Shown here: positions 50,290 through 63,913 of the stretch, in pieces
Position numbering within the stretch: the stretch's first letter is position 1
Layout of the letters: every line of letters starts with the position of its first letter
NCBI RefSeq assembly: GCF_006345805.1
Contig: NC_042999.1
Location: forward strand, 173,724,001 to 173,788,000
From: Octopus sinensis
Taxonomy: Eukaryota
Length of the DNA stretch: 64,000 bases
Direction of reading: 5' to 3'
Notes under the pieces: generated by a model
What the model saw: only the letters and a program-made list of their open reading frames with translations
Told to the model about the DNA's origin: nothing
Database searches by the model: none
Translations under genes and position numbers: made by a program

Positions 50290-51100
50290 TTTGCCTAGTG
50301 CCTGCTTTTCTTATTAAAGATGTGTATCATCAATGCGGCTTGGTTTTAGATTCTTATTTTCTTTCGTCTTCTTAATACTTTCTTTGAGCTTGTTTAAATG
50401 TTTCAAAATGCGCACGCTTTTCTCGCTACAGTTACATTCCAGAAAGTCAAGTACAACGACACCGTTGTCATCCAAAGCACGGTACCCATGAATTTTTGTG
50501 CAAATCACTAGCTCTTGAAATATTTGGCCTGGCCCTCAAAACTGAGTGTGATGTCAATACACGGACTGACATTCGATCCCGGATCATTAAGATATATCAA
50601 AGTTTCCCCTGTCACCAGATCGAAATAAAAACATCTTCGTCGTCTTCCAACGCATTCAACAAATGGCAATAAACTCCCTCTTTTCACTCCGTCAAATAGG
50701 CTATTAACAGCTTAGGTCTGTACTTCGCATACACAAAGTTTTCCACCATATTCTGCAATGGAGTCTTTTTATCAGTTTAATTCTGCAAAAATTGTGACAC
50801 GTATGTCCCATGAATCAGTCTATTCTCGCACTGTTGATTCCTGTCCGTCTTCGCCACTTATATGTGTTTTATGTACAATGCTGGTTTCTCCTTTAGCTTC
50901 AACATTTATCAGCACACATTGCTTTCATCGATAGTGTCATGTCCATAAATGTCCTGTAGACTTCTCATGATGTCTGACAGCCTGCATTCCGCATACGGCA
51001 AGAAACGAATGTCGGCGTATTGCTTCTGTTTGGAATTCCTTAGTTGATTGTGATGAAACAATGAGAAGAAAAGCAGTTCTGTCAGTGTTAGCAATTACTT
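50290..51100 (-). pseudogene. Mariner transposase remnant
   Basis: KQYADIRFL...DIMRSLQDIYGHDTIDESNV (N-terminal HTH); DDNGVVVLDFLE...HLNKLKESIKK (catalytic region). Confidence 0.7.
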
Positions 51101-51271
51101 TCGGGAAAATTCACACGTACATCTGACTACGGCCATACTGGGGTAAGACCCTGAAGAATTTTTAGTCGAATGAATCGGCCCCGATATTTGTATTTCTTTA
51201 GCCCGGATATTTATTCCATCAGTCTTTATCGCCGGTTATCAAGCATTGGTGGGGGACAAACTCAGGCACAA

Positions 51272-51279
<8 letters not shown>

Positions 51280-51354
<75 letters not shown>

Positions 51355-51699
51355 TATATATATATACGTATATATATACGTGTATGTGTATATATATATA
51401 TATGTGTGTGTGTGTGTTGAAATTAAAGGAATTGTGTTAAAATCCTCCTTCGACTCCATTCTTTTATTCATTTTTATATATATATGTGTGTGTGTGTGTG
51501 CGCGTGTGTATTGTATGTGTGTGTGTGGTGTGTGCACTGTATGCGGTGTGTATGTGTGTGTGTGTGCGGCGCGTTTGTGTGTGTGTGTGCACGTGTGTAT
51601 ATGTGTGTGTGTGTGTGTGCACTGTGTGCGTGTGTGTGTGTATGTGTGTGTGTGTGTGAGCATTGTGTACGTGTGTATGTATTTACATGTGTATTTGTT

Positions 51700-51734
<35 letters not shown>

Positions 51735-52720
51735 TGTGTGTGTGTATGCATGGTATGTGTGTATATGTGAGTACATTGTTTGTGTGTGTGTGCGGTATGT
51801 AGAGATATATTTGAGTGTGTACGCTATAGGTTTGTAATTTGTGTGTGTATGTGTGTGAAAAAATATATGTATGTGCATGTATGTATGTATGTATATGTAT
51901 ATATATATATATATATATGTGTATATATATATATGTGTGTGTGTATGTGTGTGTGTATATATATTTTCATGTATATGTGTGTATAAACATGTGCATTATT
52001 TGCATGCGCATTGTGTATATGTATATTGTATGTATGTGTATTGTATATTATGTGTACAATTAAGTGTATATATGTGTGTATGTGTGCATTGTATATATGT
52101 ATACTGTGGGGGTGCTATATATACATGAATACATGTATATGCGTTGCGTGTATAATATGTATGCATTGTGTATGTATGTTATGTGTGTGTGTGTCTATAT
52201 ATTATATGTATGCGTACGTGTATGTGTATGCATTGTATGTATGTATATTGTGTGTATATGTGGTATATCTATGTATGTGTATGTAAACACTATTTATATG
52301 TATATAGTATATATGTATATGCATTGTCTATATATATATATATATATTTTTGTGTATGTATTGCGTATGTATATTGCATGCATATATTGTGTATGTGTAT
52401 TATATACATGCTGTGTATGTGTATTGTATGTGTATATATATACTAGGTGTATTTGTGTGATATTTATATTATGTATATATGTGTGCGTGTGTTGTGTGTG
52501 TGGTGTGTGTGGTGTGTGTTTGTGTGTGTATGTGTTATATATGTGTGTATATTATATATAAATACATGTCATATTGTGTGCTGTGTGTGTATATATTATA
52601 TATGTGGGTGCGTTGGGTGTGTGTGTTTGTGTGTGTGGTTGTGTGTATGTGGTGTGTGTTTGTATACTATGAGTGTGTGTGTATTGTTGTTGTGTGTGTG
52701 TGTGTGTATATATGTGTGTG
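51280..52720. repeat. Long degenerate (CA)n/(TA)n/(TG)n low-complexity tract
   Basis: Read directly; the source of many C/V/Y-rich ORFs. Confidence 0.9.
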
Positions 52721-53787
52721 ACAAACAGACGCTGTCTGACCAGCAGGCACACGGACACATCTATTCCACCCGCATACTCACCTCCCAATAACCCCAAAAT
52801 CACTGATGCTTGGAGGGGAGTATATAACCAAACTGGGTACAATCTTTTTTCTCTCAATTAACTTTTCTGCTAAAACAAAAAGGTCAGTAAAAAACAAATT
52901 CTCGCCTTCGATTCAAAAATATTCTGAGATGTCTAAAATATCCATTTTAATTTTCTCTGTCAATATACAAGCTTTCTCACCAAACTATACACTTCCTTAT
53001 GTCTTTAACATGTCTTTCTACCAAAGACTGTATATATATACATGTAATGTGACAATTTGCGACAACCAATAATTAACGCAACCAAATTCCAATAATATAT
53101 TTGTTTTATTCTTTTCTGCCAATTTTTCCAAATATTCTCATCACACTATTGAACTTTTTTATACTATATTTATACATGTAATGTGACAATTATGTATAAA
53201 AAAACATTTTTGAATTCATAATATTCAATGTGACAATTATGTAAAAAACTTTTTTTGAACCCATAATATTCAATGTTACTTTTGACAATCTTTTACCAAA
53301 GAGTGAAACCGGTTAAGTAAATAAACATCGTTTAAATTGCATTTTCAAACCTTTTTTCATATATATATATATATATACATTAAAAGGCTTCCAAATAAGG
53401 AAGCGAGTGCTAGATACACAAAAAGGGGATAAATTCATGAAATGGAATGAAAATCAAAAATGTTTACCAACTCAGCTAATCCTGTACCGCGGTTTCATCG
53501 TTTTTTAGCAGGTGAATAGAATTTATCGGATCTTTTCTATTCTGAAGCCAGTTTTTTCAAATTTTTCCTACTGAACCAAACAATTTGAAACTTCGTATAC
53601 TGGTAGAATGTGTCAAAAGTAAACTTAATTGTAAACCAGAATGAAAACGGAATTGTAACTTCTAAGTTTAACGTTGTTTAATAATTAGAATTTTAACCAA
53701 TGATATTTCGTCATTCGGCTTTATTTTATTTACTCCGTCTCGACCACCAATTTCGTGATGTATTAAACATCTTAAATGTAAACAAGC

Positions 53788-54099
53788 GTGTGTGAAGAGA
53801 CAGAGAGAGTAATGTTTGAAAGAGAGAGATAACTGAATTTTTTTACTCGATGTATGTGTATATGTATGTCTGCATGTATGTGTGTGTGTATGTATGTGTA
53901 AGTATGTGTGTGTGTGTATGTATGTGTGTGTGTGTATGTATGTATGGCCGATTCATCGTAATTACGATGAATCGGCCATACATACATAGATACATACACA
54001 CACACACATACATACAGACATACATATACACATACACCGAGTAAAAAATTTCAGTTATCTCTCTCTTTCACACATTACTCTCTCTGTCTCTTCACACAC
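53788..54099. repeat. Spacerless ~310-bp palindrome (fold-back duplication)
   Basis: Centre GGCCGATTCATCGTAA|TTACGATGAATCGGCC (53961/53962). The arms match out to GTGTGTGAAGAGACAG and CTGTCTCTTCACACAC. Confidence 0.9.
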
Positions 54100-54356
54100 A
54101 CTAACAGAAGCACTTTACTTACACAACATACTGTCTCCCACACCCCATCAAACACACACACACACACACATGTACATCAATGCTTCCCCTAGACGGTAAC
54201 TTCAAAGACAAACTTCCCTCTCATAAAATCGCTTCCTCTTAGTCTCTTTCGCTCTCATTACTTATGTAAAAAAATAAAAGTTTTTTACGGAAATCGACGG
54301 AAAACTTGTGCTACGACAAGAGAAACTTCGCCGAAATTTTTAATATAAAAAGCAAA

Positions 54357-54425
54357 GAGCTGGCAGAAACGTTAGCACGCCGGGCGAAATGCGTAGCCGT
54401 ATTTCGTCTGCCGTTACGTTCTGTG
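54357..54425 (+). mobile_element. 5' head fragment of a further cephalopod-type SINE
   Basis: GAGCTGGCAGAAACGTTAGCACGCCGGGCGAAATGCGTAGCCGTATTTCG; recognised from recall of cephalopod repeats, not verified. Confidence 0.5.
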
Positions 54426-54840
54426 TTTGTTTACAGTTTTCCGAACGTTAGTACGTCACAAAAGCGCTTTCTACGTCACACTAATAGAATGCAGTCAAGT
54501 TTTACACATGAAAACAAACAATCTGATTGGTTAAAATTCGCAGTTTTAATCTACGATTAAAGTCATAAAATAGATTTTTCTCAAATAAACTAGTTCCAAC
54601 CTGTGTCTTGTTTTGCTAGACTCTATTAGCATACGAAGTTTCAGATTATTAGTTAAGTAGAAAGATCTGTGGTCCTGGCTTCAGAATTGAAAAGATCCAA
54701 TTTATCTGCCAAGGCTAGAATCGTCAGTAGGAAGCCTTTGTAATCCAAGATGTACATACCGTTAGAAGCACGTGCAAATCTAACGATCTGTATACCCTAA
54801 CTTTTCAGACCAGTGCGCAGACGCAAATCATACCGGTGAC

Positions 54841-54872
<32 letters not shown>

Positions 54873-55088
54873 GTATGTATACACACACATATATATGCAT
54901 ACATATATATATACCCCCCCCCACACACACACATACATAATTACATATATATACATACATACATACATACACACACACACATATATATATAGTACAAAGT
55001 AAGATAGGGTAAATAATATGAAATGGTACTATCTGTAATATGATGATTGAAATGAATTTGTTCCTCCATTTTCTTATTTGTATATATG

Positions 55089-55175
<87 letters not shown>

Positions 55176-55359
55176 CCCAAGGTGGCATGAAACGCTATGT
55201 AAGTGCTATGGAAGGACCGTTGTTAAACTCTCAGTTCGATAATGATACGAGTGAGGAGTCTAATGCGGGTCTTGTATGAACATGTATATGTTAAATAAAA
55301 TGAAACAACAAAGCCAAGGCTGTGTGGAGTTTTTCAGGATATTTATAAAGAGAAAGTTA

Positions 55360-55407
55360 GTCTTACAGCTATTTCTGGGATATTACGGATATCCCTTCAT
55401 CAGAGAC
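55360..55407 (-). ncRNA. Penelope-type type I hammerhead ribozyme with an intact core
   Basis: GTCT-CTGATGA-A-GGGATAT ccgta ATATCCC-A-GAAA-TAGCTG-TA-AGAC: 7-bp stem II, 4-bp stem I, near-palindromic stem III. Confidence 0.7.
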
Positions 55408-56424
55408 GATGTAAGATTGTTAAATAGAAGGAGTTATTAAATATAGGAGTTATTTTGGAAAAGGAAGCAAATAAGGAATGTATAGGGAAATAAGAGAATG
55501 AATGTAGAAATAAAATATAAAAATATATAAAGATGTTATTGTTGCAGTTCCATTATCCAAGGAAGGTGGTGTGTAGAAATGGTAGAAATGCTTCTTGTCC
55601 GTAGCATGTAAATTCCAATAGAAGGTCATATTTTTTTTATTACAAATAGAAAGTGTGGAGACGTAGATTCCATGTGCTGTTCATTCAAAGGGGTCTTGTG
55701 GTGTGAATGAAAACTTGAGAATGTAGTGATAGTATTAACAGAATAGAGAGGGGGGAAATGTTAAAATGAAGAGAGAGGTCAAAGGAGAAGGTGAGAAAAG
55801 AAGGAAAGAAAGAGGAAGAGAAAATAAAAACAAGAGAAAACGAAAAAAAGTGTAAGTGAGAAAAAAGAAAAAAATGAAAGGTGTGTTAGTTGGTGGTAAC
55901 ATATTAAGAGTGGGATGGGAGATGAGAGGGAGAGGGGTAAGAAGAGATAAGAATGTAAATAATGAACTTGTGTGAGGTGTGTGAGGAGGGGTGGTATTTT
56001 AGAATACCATTAAGGGAAGGTATAGGAGGGTTTTTTTTCTAAAGTGAGTAGTAAACGACAAAACGGAAACGAAGGATACTAAGAATGGTCAAGTTTCTAT
56101 AAATAGATTTATGTGTTTATTCTCCTGGCTAATGTGATAGTGTGGGGAGAGGAATCAGAGAGAAAGAAAGAAGTGTATATTGATATAAGCACGCACACAT
56201 GTACATATGTGTGCGTGTATGCATTATTATATAGGCCTGGGTACTTGTGTATATATGTACGTATATACACATACATGCACATTAACAATTTGATAATAGA
56301 TGTACAGTAAGATGTATTGTCACTATAAATTCATTGCAGAATATAACTGTAATATAATCTATGTCCCATAATATGGTGTATATCTCCACCCCAAATTTCA
56401 GGCTTTGTGACTTTAGTAGAAAGG

Positions 56425-57002
56425 ATTATTATTATTATTATTATTGAGTGAGAGAGCAGTTCATGCCATCAAAGTGACACTGGGGTAAAATATACGAAGC
56501 CCAGTATACCCATCGTGACTACCCGTCTGAGAAGGGTACACCAGGCACATGCATCACAACCATATGTGCGCGACATGGTGATCTCATATCAAGATAAACA
56601 GCGCATGACCTTGCAGGTGGGGCCCATTTAGAATTTTCTTCAGGTTGAGTAGCCCATCCCGCTCAAAAGGTCCCTGAATAAGGGTTGTTTAAGGATGTTG
56701 AAAAAAACCACCCATGTTTCCAGAGGTGAATTATTCAAACTCCAAAGAATCCCTCTCAACACATGGCTATGATGCTCCCCCACTACTTCTGTTCGTGATC
56801 AGAGATGCACATATCGTTAGCCACTAAGGGACATGCTCAACTGGTTAAGGTCAAACAACTGACAAGCAAATCTGTGGTATTTAGCAGAATATTTGCTGTA
56901 GCCCATCTTTTATACTAAGACAAATCAATGTACATGATAACACTTCCTATCAGTTAAGATCAGAATCAATGAGAGCCACTGCCTGGTACTGCATCAGGGC
57001 AT
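56425..57002 (-). mobile_element. ~560-bp non-coding retroposon with (TAA)n at both ends, copy 1
   Basis: Direct repeat of 57047-57560 (period 607 bp); the minus-strand end runs into (AAT)n. Confidence 0.7.
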
Positions 57003-57046
57003 GGTATTATTATTATTTTTTTTTTTTTTTTTTTTTTGTTATCGTG

Positions 57047-57560
57047 ATTATTGAGTGAGAGAGCAGTGCACGTCATCAAAATGACACTGGAGTAAAATAT
57101 ACGAAGCCTAGTATACCCATCATGACTACCCGTCTGATAAGGGTACACCAGGCACATGCATTACAACCATATGTGCGCGACATAGTGATCTCATATCAAG
57201 ATAAACAGCGCATGATCTTGCAGGTGGGGCCCAGTTGAAATTTTCTTCTGGTCGAGTAGTCCATCCTGCTCAAAAGGTCCCTGAATAAGGATTGTTTAAG
57301 GGTGTTGAACAAACCACCCATGTTACCAAAGGTGAATTATCCAAATATCCAAGAATTCCTTTCAACACACGGTTATGATGCACACCCCACTACTTCTGCT
57401 CGTGATCAGAAATGCACATATCGCCAGCCACTAATGGACATGGTCAACTAGTTAAGGTCAAACAACTGACAAGTAAGTCTGTGGTATTTAGCAGAATATT
57501 TGCTGTAGCCCATCTTTTATACGAAGACAAAACAATGTACATGATAACACTTCGAATCAG
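57047..57560 (-). mobile_element. Same retroposon, copy 2 (shorter at its 5' end)
   Basis: Colinear with copy 1 but with many substitutions; stops at (TG)n. Confidence 0.7.
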
Positions 57561-58075
57561 TGTGTGTGTGTGTGTGTTTCAGGTTTGATGACTTAAGGTA
57601 ATAAGGTAGGAGGTATATACAATAAGTGATCGGGTTGACTTGTTGCCTAGACTTGAACTAAATCTAAAGAAAGTAGTGATAATTGAAATTATGGCTATAG
57701 TCAATGTTTCAATCGAGCAGGTATGTGTATTGGACGAATTTACTCGTCGCACTCTGAAAAAGACAAATTGGGTGAAGACAATTTAACTCATCTTTGCCGG
57801 ATTGGGGTTAATAAAATAAAAGTACAAATAGGCAAACTTCTGCTATCATTTTAGATTATGATATCTATATAAAGATATATGATATTTATATTATGATAAA
57901 ATGAAGGTGCAACTGAATGTAATACATATCATAATAGGTCGATAAAAGACCGCGTGTGCCTTATACTCCTTTAACATTGGATTCTAATTTCATATCGCGT
58001 CAATGTTTCAATATATAGATATCATAATGACGTCATACCAGTTGTGTGCCCCATTATACATTTATCATGTACTTT

Positions 58076-58120
<45 letters not shown>

Positions 58121-58160
58121 GTGAGAGAGAGAGAAAGGGAGACAGATGCACTTATATACG

Positions 58161-58276
58161 TGGTTCTCGGTTCAATCTCAGAGTGTAGCATCTTAGGCAA
58201 ATGTCATCTACTATAGCCTCGAGCCGACGAAACCTTTGAGAATGGATATGGTAGACGGAAACTGAAAGAAGCCGCC

Positions 58277-58325
<49 letters not shown>

Positions 58326-58369
58326 ATACACATACACACATACATACATATATATACGTTTGTGTGTGT

Positions 58370-58415
<46 letters not shown>

Positions 58416-58620
58416 TTTGTGTCTTTCCCCTTAGCCCTGCTTGACAAACGGTGTTGATGTGTTTATCTCCCTGTAAATTCATGGTTCGGAAAAAGAATAA
58501 GTACCATGCTTACAAAACATAAGTACTGGTGTAGATTCATTCGGGTAAAACTCCCAGAAGGCGGTGCCCCAGCATGGCCGCAGCCTGATAACTGGAACAA
58601 GTGAAGGATAAAAGAGAATA
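58161..58620 (+). mobile_element. tRNA-derived cephalopod-type SINE with an internal (TA)n(TG)n tract
   Basis: Same central and tail blocks as 2171-2529. Confidence 0.8.
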
Positions 58621-58868
58621 GACATGTATACTTAAATATACTTTATATATAAATTGTTGTTATTATGTTAAACTGACGTACGTCCAAATTTGGCCAAATG
58701 CGTTTTTTGTTAGCATTTTTCCTTGCAAAAGCCAGTTCTTTTGGTCAAACTATCGTATCTCCCGCTGCTTCAGAAGCCAAGATATGATTTGTGGAAAAGC
58801 GCGTAGCGATCCAATAAGATATTTAGAAATCCTATCCATGGATTATTATTACTATATATATACGTGTT

Positions 58869-58917
<49 letters not shown>

Positions 58918-60109
58918 TTATGTATATATATATATATATAAAAGATAAAACCACTATTATGCAATTCGATAGACATAAGCCAAAACATAAATAACAAATA
59001 TTATATATTTTTATAAAACAAAAAACTAGATCTCAAAATGTATAAAAATGAATGATCAATATATAAGTAAAAAAAAAACTACGTACGTTTTTTATACGTC
59101 ATTTATATGTGCAATTGCTGCTATGGAGAAGCAGACTCGTACATTAAATCGTATTGTGTATTAATCAGGTATTCCTGGTTACTATTGCTTAGTAACATGT
59201 TTGTAGTTTGAAAATTACTGAAGTGCTTAAGGCTGTTCTACGCTGTTTATAACCAAGAGAATGTGGCTAGTCATGATCGTGGGTGAATAGCTGATGAATA
59301 TGTTGTTTGATATTTTCTGCGGTAGCTATCGTCCGCCACTTGATTTCTTTGAATACAGAATTAAAGGCTACGCCAGCCCAAAGGCTAGACTTTTTGTAAT
59401 ATAATGATTTCACTTAATTGTAATCTGCTAAGATATTTGGTTGTTGACAATAACTTCCAGTTCTTTTATGTAATCTTGTACAAACTGAAGTTTAGAAGAT
59501 GTCTGAATCTCTACATGAAGTAGAGATTCAGACATCGGGGTCATCGTAGTTGATCAGATATTTAACAAAATGTTATATGTTATTTATAGTTTATCAGTTG
59601 TGCTCTATTAATGAGAGAGCAACATTAGAACGATAATCTACGCAGATCATCACCAGTGTTTGCTGATATTATTGCAAGGCAACCAACGTAGAATAAATAT
59701 CTCCGAAAGCTAAGTCCGACAGATTACAATACCTGTGCTATACAGGTAAGTTTATGGTAGCAAGGAATTTTTATTTTTGATTGTACTGAGGTCTTTGGTA
59801 AATTTTCAATTCATCAACGTTTTCTCGTATCTTAGAACCCCGTACTTTGTAAAGGCAAATTTAATATTATTCCGTGTCTACGCATATATATATAATGTAG
59901 TACAGTGACTTCCTATATCATTTCCGATGTTCATCTGCTTTGACACTTTAGTGTCTTTAACCATGTTGAGTTATATGATAATTCATGAATTTTGTAGGAG
60001 TGCAATTTCGCACAGAGTCGCTTAAATTGAAAATAATTTTGCGTTAAGTTCCTCGGGAAAATTCTTTTTCATACTTTTCAAAAGATTAGAAAACAAAAAT
60101 AGTTAGGTT

Positions 60110-60339
60110 TCTTTTATCTTTTACTCGTTTCAGTCATTAGTCACCGGCCATGCTGGGGCAACGCTTTGAAGTGTTTTAGTCGATCAAGTTGACCAGAGGA
60201 CTTATTCTTTTTAAGCTTAGAACGTATTCTCTCGGTTACTTTTGACGAACTGCTAAGTTACGGAGACGTAAACACACCAGCACCAGTTGTCAAGAGGTAA
60301 GGGAATACAAACTCGAACGCACACACACACATGTATGTG

Positions 60340-60386
<47 letters not shown>

Positions 60387-60566
60387 TGTGTGTGTGTGTG
60401 TGTACAGACAACGCTCTTCTTTCAGTTTCCGTCTACCAAGTCCACTCACAAAAGTTTGATGGACCCAAGACTACACTAAAAGGCAATTGCCCACAGTGCC
60501 ACTCAGTGGGACTGAACCTGAAACCTTGTCGTTGGGAACCAAGCTTCTTACCACACAGCCACGCCC
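60110..60566 (-). mobile_element. tRNA-derived cephalopod-type SINE
   Basis: Colinear with 3322-3708. Confidence 0.8.
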
Positions 60567-61219
60567 GTGCCTATTTCCTGAAATTCAACTCCCTCAGTAA
60601 TCTCAGTAACATACAATTCCTGTAACAACCATGTTAAAAAACGTAAAAAAGTAAATTCAGTTGACATGAACACCTGTTCCATTATAGATTTGAAATTCAA
60701 CGAGTCTGTTCACTTTATAAAGCATGTTGAATATCTCTGAGATATCGAAGAATTTTAAAATATTAAAGTCTGTGTTTCACTTAAATTGGTATTACGATTA
60801 CCGTCATCATCAGTAGAAGAGGTTTTCCACTCTATAAAAGTTTAAAACTAATTTTCAGGTTTGTTGTCTGTATAATTCTTGTAAGACTTCAGAAATATGG
60901 CAAGAATGCAAATGGACTTTAGACTGTTAATGGAAGATGCAATAAAATTATTATATGAAATTAGTCAAAACATAATACTCCGAGGTTCAAATAAGATTCA
61001 GTGAACGTTTGTAAAGAAATAGATCAAATCTGTAATACCAGTGGGTTGTAAACTGTTGCACATATTACCACATAACCTTAACATCTCCATGTGCTTTAAT
61101 ATATTAAAATATTTAAGTCTAATTTTTAGGATTTGTATATTCCTTCATTTGTTTTATGGCACTGGGTCCTTCCACTTTTTCTCCTCTCCTCTCTTTCTCT
61201 ACATACATACATACATACA

Positions 61220-61289
<70 letters not shown>

Positions 61290-61913
61290 ATATATATATG
61301 ATTGCTCCCTCTTCACATATGATTGCTACTTGTCAGTAGCATCTCTGACTTTCCATGATCTCTCAGAGGACTACTTCGTCCCGTTGCTGTATTGTATGGT
61401 TTGAAGTATGAGACAGACGAAAAATCTACTGTGCACTTCCAACTGGTCTTCTGAGTTTGCCACTCTGCTATTGCCATAGGACTTTCTGGAGATGAATGAC
61501 AAATGAGGTCACCATAAAAAGACATTTGATTATGGAACATGAGTACCAATCCTGTCCTCAAATTGAGACCAGGTTCCTCCGAGTCTCCGTGATTAAAACC
61601 TTGTCGAGCCAAAACGAGATGACCAGTAATCACGTGCAACCGCAAATATTTGATACAGGAGATATGATAAGCCTTGGTGAGGCCAGAAATTACATTGGCA
61701 GTGGTTATCAGAATAGGTTTTTGCACTAGGCATTATTTGCATTAATTTCCCAACTCCATCGATAGCCAGTTACCTAAACACACACATTTACTTTCACAAA
61801 GTGGTGGCATGATGGTTTGTATGGCCACGGAAGGAATGGGTTAGTACTGGTAAAACTTCCAATAATACAAACGATATCTCCGTACACACATACAAATGCA
61901 TGTGTGTGTCATA

Positions 61914-61953
<40 letters not shown>

Positions 61954-63131
61954 ATACATACATTCATACATACACACATACATACATCTATTGAATTGAA
62001 TTGAACTATATATACACGTTCATACCAAGATATGAATTCTCACGACTTTGTGACTAGCACCGGAGAGAGGTGGATGACTCTAAAAGTTCTATTACCTACG
62101 TGGGCCTGAAATACTTCACTATACTTTTTAAATGTATTGAGTTCTTTTTTCTATAAGATTCTTTTCTTAATCTTTGGTTAAAGCGTCTCATACACACAGA
62201 AATTTCTTTACTCCAGTTAACACTGCAGGGCAAAGCATTTCAATAATATCAATTTTGGCAGGAAGAAATATTTTCCATTAAAATTTTATTTACTTTTTAA
62301 GATCGGTTCTGTGTTATTCATAGTGAAAATTATTTTTTGACTATAGGCTCTCGTGAGTGGTTGTTAATATTTAATACAGTCTCCTGCAGAATGCTAACCA
62401 GGATTAATATCTTTTTTCATTATTTTTTTGAAACAAAATCATTAACAAAGATAATTTATTAATGCATCTCTTTGGATTGGATGGACATGTTTCCAGTTAG
62501 TTATATTGGGTTTTTTTTACAAAAAATATATCAAAATATAAATTTTGGCAGTAAAAATAGTTTAGAATATGGAAACTGGTGGAAAACACATCGTAATTCG
62601 TAATCCGGATTTCCTGTTGTTTAATATCAGCAGCAAAAAATAATTTGTGCAATTTATCTGCTGTAAATTCTTAGTATCAATCATTTTATGAGAAAGGAAA
62701 GCATGTCTGTGTTTTGTGGATTTTTTTTTTTCATATTAAATACGCTCCCAATCCGTCAAAATGATTGTGAATGTATGAAGGCTTGAACAAAACTATAATT
62801 AATTGCTTTAGATTTTGCTTCCCCCCCAAAAAAACTCTATAAAACAGGATACTTCACTCTAAAGAGAGTAAAAAATGTTACAAATATTTCTGCGAGACGT
62901 ATCTTGCAAAAGTGGTGTTAAAAAACGCTGAGACTTTCACACGTAGAAAGACACTTCGCACCTCTAATACACCTGAGCAACACAAACAGTTACAAATTGA
63001 AATCAAAATATTTGTATGCTCAACAACAAAGTCATGCGCTGAGGTGCATCACATACAACACACTCACACGCGCGCGCATATACATACATACATATACATA
63101 CATATATGTATATGTATATATGTGTATATAT

Positions 63132-63177
<46 letters not shown>

Positions 63178-63864
63178 GCATATATACTATACACACACAC
63201 GCAAACACACTCACAATTACAGAGAAACAATCACAGAGACGGATTTTTCCCTTTTGTCTACTTTCATCGAATCAAAGAAAAAAAAAAAGCAAAGCAAACT
63301 CAAAGCATAAATATAGGTGATCAATCTTAAGCGTGGAAACATTCGTATATATAAATATACATCCACCGATATATTAATATTCAATCAGCCATTATTTATT
63401 CTTTACGAGTTGTATTCCAAGAATAGAGACATAACATTATGAAGTTAGATTTTTGGCATTGATCATAGATAATTGTCATTTCTAGAAACCTCTCATATTT
63501 CAGATTATTCTTGTCTACATTGAATTAGTGTTTGTAACTGAAATTATCCATATGAATTTTTTCAGCAAAAGTGATATGAATTTTAAAAGACCATTAACTA
63601 AGTAAGCGTAAAGCAAAATGAATTGCGATTGTTTTTTTGCTTATCTCTAGTTTCATTATTTTTCTTTGTTATATGAAACTAAACTCTTCAACGACGACAT
63701 TTCGTTATATCGTTTGTATTAAGCCCACGATTTACGAAGCTGTCGTAGAGGGCCGGTTGTGACAAATCGAAAAACAGTCTTCTCTATCTGTCGCGCCTTG
63801 CTCCAGAGTTCGCATCTGGTAAAAGAATTTGCCTGTGCATTTGTTTTTCATGCTGCCTGTCATC

Positions 63865-63913
<49 letters not shown>

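Noticed and set aside
53039-53300. CRISPR-like short repeats (ATGTGACAATT units)
   Set aside because: Irregular, degenerate tandem repeats in a eukaryotic context, with no constant repeat-spacer period and no cas genes.
59599-59752. Exon ending at a strong CAG/GTAAGT donor
   Set aside because: All three frames contain stops from both candidate acceptors; a non-coding exon cannot be supported from sequence alone.
61313-61760. 137-aa minus-strand ORF; other frames faintly recall a HERO-type RLE LINE
   Set aside because: No recognisable domain in the ORF, and the similarity across frames is too weak to support without HMM or TBLASTN.
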